Assembly: GCA_031264045.1 (NCBI GenBank)
Contig: JAISEQ010000352.1
Location: 1 to 41,624 of the forward strand
Source: Deltaproteobacteria bacterium
GTDB taxonomy: Bacteria > Desulfobacterota > Desulfarculia > Adiutricales > Adiutricaceae
Direction of reading: 5' to 3'
DNA: 41,624 bases
Under the pieces are notes generated by a model that saw only the letters and a program-made list of their open reading frames with translations, was not told the DNA's origin and made no database searches. Positions 17,601-24,499 of the stretch are shown here, piece after piece (positions within the stretch are counted from its first letter, which is position 1; every line of letters starts with the position of its first letter). A program made the position numbers and the translations under genes.

Positions 17601-20133
17601 CGGGGGAAAGGCAGCTCCACGGTGAGCTTCGCTCCGTACCGAGCGACTCCGATGCCGTGAACATGGCAGGTATCCCCGAGAGATTAGGCCAGGGGTTTTC
17701 ATTGTCAATCACGGCCGTAACATTGTAATTCTTTCCTGAATGGCTCACGTCCATGTAGGAACCGTCAGCCTCGGTGCCCGTAATCGAATAGCCTACCAGC
17801 TGGCTGTCCTTTGAAATGCTACCGTAGGCGTCCGTAGTTACCGCGAATCCGATGACCTTGGACCTGTCGATGGTTATCTTATTAAGCCTGTAGTCAAGCT
17901 CCCCATTGGAAGCGGCATAATTCCGGAAGCGGTAGAATCTTTGAGGTTCAGCATCCTTGCCGAACGGGTTCACTCCTGGATCCGGGAAGGGGTCCTTGAG
18001 TTCACCCGCATGTATCCGGAGCGGCTTTGGCTCAAGCTGTATGTCTGGGGATCCGTTCGAATTCTGGTTGGTGGTAAGCAGTGCGAACTCGTAGGTCCCA
18101 AGCGCCTTCCTGCTGAATGTTCCACCCTCCATAATAGAGTCGAATGCCGTTACGATCTTTATGTAGAAGGGAAGTCCGGTTGAATCAGTCTGATAGTCAA
18201 CTACGAAGTAGCTGATGAGAGGCAGTAGCTGATCGTCTTTCGATTCGGAAAACGGCATGACCGTAACAAGCCTTCCCTGCCCCAAATCAAATTTCAGGAC
18301 TGGAAAAGTACTTGGCAGAGCTAGCGCGTAGACCTCCATGGGAACATCGGAATCTTCAACTGGGGAGAGGCTGTGAGTCCGGGCGAACCATGCCACCGCC
18401 GCAAGCGAATATCCTCCCTCCAGGGCAGGTTCCTCTGGACATAGTCCCTTGATGTCGGAAAGCGAAACGAGCTCCTTGGGTGAGCAGTCGTCTCTCGTAT
18501 GCCTGGAGTAATAATACTTCTTTCCTCCGTCACCATATCCCTCAAGCGCAGTTATCGATTTCAGGTAAACGTCCTTGTTGAATGGAGATTTTACGGTCCC
18601 GTGCGGATCCGTAAGTGATGAGACAAGGTTCAAAGACGTGATTTCTGGTCCGCTTCTTTCCGGAATGTCGTCAGTGTCGTAATCGGGATACGGCGGGCTA
18701 ATGATGACTACTATCGGCTTCACGCAATCTGAGCTGAATATGTCCTTCGGTCTGTCCTTCTCCCAGTCGAACTGAAATACTGAAATCTCATCGCTGATGT
18801 GAAGAGTGCAGGTTGCTTTCTTTGCACCTGTGAAATATCTCACAGATTCATAGAGCATTTCTCCCAGAGGCGTACCCCAAGCGGTGTTGTCCTTAAAAAT
18901 TTTCCCATTCCATCCCGTTATATTTATCTGGTCCATATAGCTGAGAAGGCTCTGGGACCTCTTCAGGCCAGGAACGAATTCATAATTGTGCCCCATGCTC
19001 AAAATATGCTTGCGGATTATTCCTCCCTTCTTTCTCCATGTCTCGTCCGCCACCCCAGTCATGAGACCTACGGTTATCCTGTTGTCGATGCCGTATTCCT
19101 GGAAGATGCCCGACGGCTTCCACGCATTGTTGATGTGCTCCCGGCAGTTCTCCCTGGGACTGATACCGCCAGGAGAATTTGGATCGCACACCTTGACCCG
19201 TGCCCTGAAATTGTAACCCTTATGCTCATAGTTCATCGCGTTAGAATCTGGCTGGAGAGAAGGAGATGCCACGTAATCCCAAATGCCGATGTCCTTCGCG
19301 GATCCCTTGACCCGATGGCGAGCTTTCACATTAATTTCCCCCATCATGTATGGGATACCAGTCTTCCAGTCTCCCGTCTGGGTTCTGGAAAAAAATGTGT
19401 ATGTGCCTTTCGCCGGCTTCGTAAATCCAGTATACAGCGATATGTCGTAGTACGGCACCGCTGCAGGCATCTTCTCCGCCCAGATATCGTCCGCAGCCAC
19501 CTGGACTGCCCAGACGTGTCCGTCCCTGTAGACGAAGCTGTGCTCCAGGACAGTGAGGAAAGGGAAGTCCTCCGACCGCTTTCCCCCGTAAAGCGCCTTT
19601 CTTATGTTATCCATCTGACTTGACATGAACCAGTTGAGCCAGTTGCCGTGCCAGGTTCCTCCGCCGTACGATTCAGCACCGGGGCAAACGCCGTTGGCCG
19701 ACTTGGGAATCACGATGTCTGGCCTGTCTCTGAGCTCAGGCGGGCGCGTCGGGTTGCTGGCCTCATGTTCCTTCACTGTCCAGCTGTAGCGCTCGAAATA
19801 GTCCCCAGAAATCCCGTGCTTGTAGCAGGCTTGGTGATCGTAGTACCCGTAGTAGGTGATTGACGGATCGAACCCCATCTCAATTTTCCCGTCGCCGTTC
19901 AGGTCCAACATGTCGTTGTATGCCCGCCTGTACATCTTGTGGCCCTTCGACAGGATGATTAGTACCTGGGGTATCGTCCGGGAAACCGTCATGAACGGCA
20001 TGACCGAGTACCTGCTTTTCAGAATGCCTACGCCATGCGCATCGGTTCCCGCGAAAAGGACGGTAGCGGCCGCCGCGATGGCAACCGCGACCGCCGCACT
20101 CCGGCTACGCCCTGAAACTCTTGACATCGTCAT
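14683..20133 (-). CDS. pilY1: PilY1/PilC-family type IV pilus tip-associated adhesin (about 1816 aa)
   Basis: Signal peptide MTMSRVSGRSRSAAVAVAIAAAATVLFAGTDAHG. N-terminal vWA-like region (WGTPLGEMLYESVRYFTG). C-terminal beta-propeller hallmarks (LGDVMNSKPISV, RIMVYFGANDGMLHAVNGG, ELWAFIPSAAMP, VLVGGMRMGG). Start set at ATG 20133 (ATG 20127 is also possible); the ORF-track start at 20253 adds a non-signal N-terminus. Confidence 0.9.
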   Translation of the reverse strand: MTMSRVSGRSRSAAVAVAIAAAATVLFAGTDAHGVGILKSRYSVMPFMTVSRTIPQVLIILSKGHKMYRRAYNDMLDLNGDGKIEMGFDPSITYYGYYDHQACYKHGISGDYFERYSWTVKEHEASNPTRPPELRDRPDIVIPKSANGVCPGAESYGGGTWHGNWLNWFMSSQMDNIRKALYGGKRSEDFPFLTVLEHSFVYRDGHVWAVQVAADDIWAEKMPAAVPYYDISLYTGFTKPAKGTYTFFSRTQTGDWKTGIPYMMGEINVKARHRVKGSAKDIGIWDYVASPSLQPDSNAMNYEHKGYNFRARVKVCDPNSPGGISPRENCREHINNAWKPSGIFQEYGIDNRITVGLMTGVADETWRKKGGIIRKHILSMGHNYEFVPGLKRSQSLLSYMDQINITGWNGKIFKDNTAWGTPLGEMLYESVRYFTGAKKATCTLHISDEISVFQFDWEKDRPKDIFSSDCVKPIVVIISPPYPDYDTDDIPERSGPEITSLNLVSSLTDPHGTVKSPFNKDVYLKSITALEGYGDGGKKYYYSRHTRDDCSPKELVSLSDIKGLCPEEPALEGGYSLAAVAWFARTHSLSPVEDSDVPMEVYALALPSTFPVLKFDLGQGRLVTVMPFSESKDDQLLPLISYFVVDYQTDSTGLPFYIKIVTAFDSIMEGGTFSRKALGTYEFALLTTNQNSNGSPDIQLEPKPLRIHAGELKDPFPDPGVNPFGKDAEPQRFYRFRNYAASNGELDYRLNKITIDRSKVIGFAVTTDAYGSISKDSQLVGYSITGTEADGSYMDVSHSGKNYNVTAVIDNENPWPNLSGIPAMFTASESLGTERSSPWSCLSPGGSGCGKSVADNMTYFMTRGFKIPPSGPTGQFLPDPLWLAAKYGGFNDVNHNGVPDDGEWEKDPGHPALGPMNYFAVENPLNLEKYFDEIFKDIARGQTFGTGTSSQILGDEGGGISIQTIFYPRFNVRKDIDRYVPFVGSVYALFLDRYGNLREDSDLDGKLTLQASNGKGDRIVTFTTMSMNQEIQPRCWSHLYYISLCDDPNGKNQPQMATGTKAHPDGPYGLKALWDAGRWLLEIDTPLGTKLTSGPRPWTAPATKRLGKRRIYFGYRDKSRQTVMLPFDLKSSRKQLEAMMLHENFKDYFPTKTTNKRVAVEEIVNWVIGKDYEYLRRRDLNSPWYQGVYSSWRLGDVMNSKPISVAVPASNFDILYSDTSYASFKKANLHRRIMVYFGANDGMLHAVNGGFAASLGDNVEYTTGSKDNPAALKHDLGAELWAFIPSAAMPTLPFLADPGYIHNFYVDLKPLLVDIKIRGEWKTVLVGGMRMGGRPIEAASGDENQNVPYFSDVFCFDVTDPEKEPKLMWTYSSIELGLMVGIPVTVRNGDKFYVMLPSGPVTDSVVSLSGSSYQLNYGGRTPYDGISRQEARIIVLDAETGKPVADPSKFPEYLKAPVPQSFFSSPFMPKGKPDGRGGWSDHVVYFGLTETSYHGEGHDGGSLWRVQMCDAFGDPLPPQDWKLTRMLDTGRPVTGAVNSTVDSEGSIWVVFGTGRLYGQDDVTPCETVPGKECMENHDQYLYGLKEPVNSRGVMTFDDLTDRAAGILDVSGSMVLKSGEVVNLQSRTGITTAGGMTSYSALENFLHGKGAAGWKRRIDSMYQKTGVPGRNFEMVITQPKFLAQGGGKALMAVTSFQPGLDPCSGSGEGFLHLVDAFTGLPRPETYSVFAPPEQNGLLPKGIVSGVARLGVGNPTEAIIIKTSGTTIVRATSSDGGVTDLEFMNTSGNSRAILLWREVTDTGFSLSRQMMVHGLSDN

Positions 20134-21635
20134 TCCTGAACCCCCTTGAGCGTCCTGCGACAGGTCATGATCCATACGTGAGAACTCATAATGTTCACGA
20201 AAAATATTTTGATCCTGATGAAAATTTCTTTCCCATGCCCGTATTAACTCCAACTAGTTATCGGCAGCAGCTGATGAGATTTCCTTTTCGGGATCGGATT
20301 GGCCAGATGTCTTTTCATCTGATGTTTTATCTTCTTCCAGGCTCCCCCATTTCCAGAATGCCCGCATATCACGAATTTCATAAGCCTGCCTCTTCCCAAT
20401 GCGTACGGGCGTTTTCCGGCTCCTCGCCACGTCTGCCAGACACTTCAAAATATCGCGCACAACCCCAGGCGCAGCTGCGGCTATCAAGCGTCTGGGACCC
20501 GTTCAAGACGATTTCAGGGCATATTTTCCCAATACGCCTCAGTCAGCCATCGGCACCCCGAGCTTCGACAGCATCGCGGCCACAGCCTTAGCTCCATTTA
20601 GCCCTGGTAACCGGCTGTTGATCCTTGATCCGCAAAGGTTGACAAATCCGTCCGTACAGCCGGTAAATTTTGAAACTGTCGTCTGCAAGCCATGTTTTGC
20701 AAACGCATATTATTTTATAAAATATTCATTTTCAGTTCGCCAAAACCCCTGTCCGGCTCTTTCATGCCATGACCTAACTGAAACCTACCGGTATGATATT
20801 TTACCCGTCAATCTATGACATCTAATATATTATCAAAATATCTGGACATCAAATACTTATTACGTAACTTATTAACCCATCGTCAAGATATCAATCAAGA
20901 TTGACCGGTCATATCTTATTTTGCCGAAATCCTGGTTTCCTGTAAGCTGAAGGGGATACGCAACCGTTCTTGAGCTATCCAGTTTGAACCGGAACGATTC
21001 AGCGATGTTCAGAGGTAACTAACCACTAACGCAACATCACTCTAACTTGGGAGCACGGCCAATGGCAAATGATTCTGATAAACTTTCTGTTTTTTCGTTC
21101 ATATCTAAAAAATCCTATTGCTATTGCCTTTAGAGCATCATTTGAATTTTATCCATTAGCCAACTGGAAGATGCTGTTCATAAAACGCATGACGCAGGTC
21201 AAACATATCTTGTTTAAATTTATGACTCGCAAAACAGTTATGTAATTCAAAAACCAATCCTGAATAGCTACCCCGTACAGTTTATGAGTTATATTTCAAT
21301 AATTTGTTTATCATGTGTACTATGCAACTATATCATCTGCGCTATCGAAGCTAGATATTTCGGTTGTAGAAACGAAAATTAAAGACAAAATACTCCGTTA
21401 AACAAATTTCCATTTTATCGAAAACGAGAAGAAGATGCTTAATCGCCAATTTCAGCCATACATCCCCAGTTGGTACAGAACGGCAAATACGACCAGGAGA
21501 AACAGACTGTCAAGGATAACCGTTCACTTGCAATTATTACTGTTCCATCTGCACTAACTGTTAGGTTTAACATCAACATCACTGGCCGCGAGCATCTTGA
21601 CACTTTCCCGACCGGATGGTATATGTATGAATCGC

Positions 21636-21675
21636 GGTTGAACAATGGTTGAACAATGGTTGACAATGGGTTGAC
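21636..21675. repeat. tandem array of four about 11-bp units (GGTTGAACAAT, GGTTGAACAAT, GGTTGACAAT, GGGTTGAC)
   Basis: Read directly: gcGGTTGAACAATGGTTGAACAATGGTTGACAATGGGTTGACtagc. Lies 306-345 nt upstream of the 5'-nucleotidase start. Confidence 0.85.
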
Positions 21676-21980
21676 TAGCTGTTGTTTAATGAAACGATGC
21701 AGATACTCGGAGGCAGTCAGACACCTCATTTTCATCGTCCATATCATTACCTCCCTGAGATTGGCCTCAGAATCCCAAATTCCTTCCATCATGCCTTCAT
21801 TCTTGCCATTCGTCCATTTTCGAAAGATGCCAACCGAACAGCCCCAGAAAACAGAACCGTTTCCACAACTTTTCTGAATTTCGAAGATAATGCCAGATGC
21901 CGGTTCCTGACAATATCCGTAAGCTGTTAGGTTCTTTGAGTTTCAATATCACCTCTTTCCCGGAAAACAAGGATTTTTCA

Positions 21981-23540
21981 ATGAAAATCGTTCTTTTGGC
22001 GATAGCAATTCCATCGCTTCTGCTTTCCTCGGCGCTTTTCATTCCCGATACGCCTGTTTTCGCTTCGGAGCACGCTCTGGTCATCTACCATACGAACGAT
22101 GTCCACGGTTACGCTTTCGAGGAACGCGATGCTGAAGGACGTCTTGTCCGAATCGGGTACGACCGGTTAAAGGCGCTTGTGGACGCGGATCCCGCTCCCC
22201 GCAAGCTCCTGCTCGATGCCGGAGACGTGCTGAACGGCCAGGCTTTCGCCACAGCCCGACGCGGAGAGCTGATGGCGGCAGTCCTGAGCCTTGCCGGCTA
22301 CGATGCGCTTGCGGCCGGCAACCACGATTTTGACTACGGCTATAACCGGCTTCTCGAACTCTCCGGCAAATACCGTCTGAATTTTCTTGCGGCCAACGTC
22401 TTCAGAAATGACGGCGAGAACATTCTGCCGCCGTATCTGATTCGTTCTTGGGGAGATCTTAAAGTCGGCATATTCGGTCTTTCCACGCCGGCAACCAGGA
22501 CTTCCACAGATCCCCGAAATATCCAGGGACTCAAGTTCGCTGACCCGATACAGGCTGCTCGCGTTACGGTCCAGCGCCTGAAATCCGAAGGCGCTGATCT
22601 TATCGTGGCCGTGACCCACATGGGAAGCGAGTCTTACTGCGAACCCATGTCCCAGACCGTAGCGGAGAGCGTCGCCGGCATCGACATCGTAATCGACGGG
22701 CACAGTCACAGCAACCGGGTAATCAAGATAGATCGGCGCGACGGAAGCGGCGCCGTAGTCACGAGCACGGGGGCATATTTCGAGAACATCGGAAGAATAA
22801 CCGTCGACAAAAAATCCGACGGCCGATATTCGATCTCCGCATCGATACTCGGCGCAAAGTCGCCTGAAATCCGGGAAGCGGTGCCGGACCCGGCCATGCG
22901 CGAGGCTATGAACGCTTTGAGGGCGGCGCTCGACACCGAAATGAACCGGATAGTGATGAACGTGCCGTTCGATCTCGACGGTTCCAGGCCGAACGTGAGA
23001 CATGCGAGCACTAATCTCGGACGGCTCGTCTGCGCGGCTCTCGTGGACGCTACCGGCGCCGACGTCGGCCTCATGAACGGAGGTGCAATCCGCGACTCCA
23101 TCCTGAAAGGCAACGTCACCAGAGGGCAGTTTCTCACTGTATTTCCGTACGGGAACTACGTCTATCTCGTAGACGTCAAAGGTGAAGACCTTCTGGCCGC
23201 CCTTACCCTCGGACTCGGAAAGCCCGGTTCGGGGGCTTTCCCTCAGCTCTGGGGCGCGGAAGTGGAAACCGATAAGCGCGAGATATCAGCCCCCGACGGC
23301 ACGAAGCTCGAAATCATGGTCCCCAGGTCCGTCTCCGTCGGCGGGGAACCTCTTGACTTGAAGGCGGTATACAGGGTAGCCATAAACGATTTCATGTATT
23401 CGGGAGGAGACGGCTACGAAATGTTCGGCAAATATCCCTACAGGGAATTCGCCACGCTGGAAGAGATTTTCCGAGCCTACATGGCGGAAAAAGACACCGC
23501 GGAGCTTAGGGCCGTCTCCGAGGCGGAAGTCATCCGCTAG
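21981..23540 (+). CDS. secreted bifunctional metallophosphatase/5'-nucleotidase (UshA family)
   Basis: AAGGA Shine-Dalgarno 7 nt upstream of ATG 21981. Signal peptide MKIVLLAIAIPSLLLSSALF. Calcineurin-like motifs HTNDVHG, DAGDVLNGQ, GNHDFDYG and VTHMG. C-terminal 5'-nucleotidase domain (NGGAIRDSI...FPYGNYV). Confidence 0.9.
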   Translation: MKIVLLAIAIPSLLLSSALFIPDTPVFASEHALVIYHTNDVHGYAFEERDAEGRLVRIGYDRLKALVDADPAPRKLLLDAGDVLNGQAFATARRGELMAAVLSLAGYDALAAGNHDFDYGYNRLLELSGKYRLNFLAANVFRNDGENILPPYLIRSWGDLKVGIFGLSTPATRTSTDPRNIQGLKFADPIQAARVTVQRLKSEGADLIVAVTHMGSESYCEPMSQTVAESVAGIDIVIDGHSHSNRVIKIDRRDGSGAVVTSTGAYFENIGRITVDKKSDGRYSISASILGAKSPEIREAVPDPAMREAMNALRAALDTEMNRIVMNVPFDLDGSRPNVRHASTNLGRLVCAALVDATGADVGLMNGGAIRDSILKGNVTRGQFLTVFPYGNYVYLVDVKGEDLLAALTLGLGKPGSGAFPQLWGAEVETDKREISAPDGTKLEIMVPRSVSVGGEPLDLKAVYRVAINDFMYSGGDGYEMFGKYPYREFATLEEIFRAYMAEKDTAELRAVSEAEVIR

Positions 23541-23681
23541 CGGAGCATCCGCGTCATGTTCCCCTTTCGATGCGTCCGGTCCCGTCCGAAACCGACATAT
23601 CACGGAAAGCCTGCCAGACGAAATCACGAGCGCCTCTCGGGCGCGCGTGAACCTGTCATCTTGAGATGTCAGATCATGTTC

Positions 23682-23729
23682 TGCGGTAGGCAGAAGGCGG
23701 GTTCATGCGGTAGGCAGAAGACGGGCGTA
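23682..23729. repeat. 24-bp direct tandem repeat x2 (TGCGGTAGGCAGAAGRCGGG...)
   Basis: tgcggtaggcagaaggcgggttca is followed by tgcggtaggcagaagacgggcgta; 20 of 24 positions are identical. Confidence 0.8.
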
Positions 23730-23886
23730 TCATGGGCATGGCGTCAGACAACGCCGCTTCGGCCCGCCGTCAGCCGTTCCGGCCCCCGGCGCCTTCCCGT
23801 GTCCGCCTGCGGTCCATGAACCTGCCGCCTAAAAGCTCCGGGACCAGCCCCCGGTGCCGGACACTGTTCCCCGGCCGGCACCCGCG

Positions 23887-23930
23887 CAAAACAAAGCCGC
23901 AGGGTCCGGAAGAAGTCCCGGCGCCTGCGG
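23887..23930 (-). terminator. Rho-independent terminator candidate for the BI-1/small-membrane-protein transcript
   Basis: On the minus strand, CCGCAGG...CCTGCGG forms a 7-bp outer stem with additional inner CCGG pairing. It is followed immediately by CTTTGTTTTG and lies 80 nt downstream of the 24010 stop. Confidence 0.55.
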
Positions 23931-24009
23931 CAGACAGCCCCCGCCGGAGGGAGAGGGCGGATTTCCGGCGTCGGAGCGGGTCCGGCTCCGCACCGGAACC
24001 CAGCCCGCG

Positions 24010-24237
24010 TCACTCGAAGAATGGGCGGCTCTTCTCCTCCCGCCTGCGGATAATCCTCGTGGAGTGGACCACCAGATACAGTCCGAGCATGGTCAGGAGG
24101 ACCCCGGCCAGGAATGGCACCGAGGATCCGTCCGCCGCGGAGTAGGCGAACGATACCAGGACGCTTAAAATCCCGCTTTCGGCAGTTGCCGTGCCGACTG
24201 CGAAGGCCAGGGCCGCCGACATCAGTTTCTTGGTCAT
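24010..24237 (-). CDS. small membrane protein (75 aa), function unknown
   Basis: GC3-rich codon pattern. N-terminal signal-like segment MTKKLMSAALAFAVGTATA, two further hydrophobic segments and a basic C-terminus. GGTGA Shine-Dalgarno 3 nt upstream and a terminator candidate downstream. No family recognised. Confidence 0.55.
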   Translation of the reverse strand: MTKKLMSAALAFAVGTATAESGILSVLVSFAYSAADGSSVPFLAGVLLTMLGLYLVVHSTRIIRRREEKSRPFFE

Positions 24238-24421
24238 GGATCACCGACCGGCCCGGATGCCGGGGCCGCCGGCATCGGGTCCCTGGTCCTGGATCACCGG
24301 CCGGCCCGGATTCCGGGGCCGCCGGCATCGGGTCCCTGGTCCTGGATCACCGGCCGGCCCGGATGCCGGAGCCGCCGGCATCGGGTCCCTGGTCCTGGAT
24401 CACCGGCCGGCCCGGATGCCG
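24238..24421. repeat. 53-bp tandem repeat, about 3.5 copies, each unit containing an 8-bp-stem hairpin
   Basis: Units start at 24238, 24291, 24344 and 24397 (exact 53-bp period) and differ by 2-3 substitutions. Each has the core GATGCCGG-ggccg-CCGGCATC. Fills the gap between the BI-1 stop and the small-gene start. Confidence 0.9.
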
Positions 24422-24499
24422 CGGAACGGGACCCCGAGACGCCCGATGCCCCCGGCGGGGGGGCCCCCCGCCCGGTCCGGCGGATGACGGGGCCCGGGG

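Noticed and set aside
20254-20487. 77-aa ORF immediately upstream of pilY1 (TTG start; ...KRQAYEIRDMRAFWKWGSLEEDK...). Considered as a small regulator or pilus accessory gene.
   Set aside because: It has a non-ATG start without a convincing Shine-Dalgarno, no recognisable fold or family and no prepilin motif. Neighbouring frames look like fragments. It cannot be supported from sequence alone.
20640-21700. Plasmid or phage-type replication origin, considered because of the iteron-like array, an AT-rich stretch and DnaA-box-like TTATCCATT at about 21150.
   Set aside because: There is no rep, dnaA or partition gene. The DnaA-box match is only 7 of 9, and there is a single short array. The evidence is insufficient.
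21439-21792. 117-aa minus-strand ORF, together with the adjacent 95-aa ORF 21797..22084. It bears a faint resemblance to IS200/RAYT-type Y1 transposases (GIWHYLRN..., EYLHRFI...LVNP).
   Set aside because: The apparent NP-containing motif is encoded by the 11-nt tandem repeat, which cannot be frame-preserving. No HUH motif is present. The 95-aa ORF overlaps the real 5'-nucleotidase start on the other strand. The resemblance is judged spurious.
23627-23651. Imperfect hairpin CACGAGCGCC-tctc-GGGCGCGCGTG, considered as a terminator for the 5'-nucleotidase.
   Set aside because: One mismatch or bulge, no U tract, and a position about 85 nt past the stop. Too weak to call.
24238-24421. Possible CRISPR array, considered because of the regularly spaced palindromic repeats.
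   Set aside because: The units are contiguous with no unique spacers (a pure 53-bp tandem repeat). There are only about 3.5 copies and no cas genes in the window.
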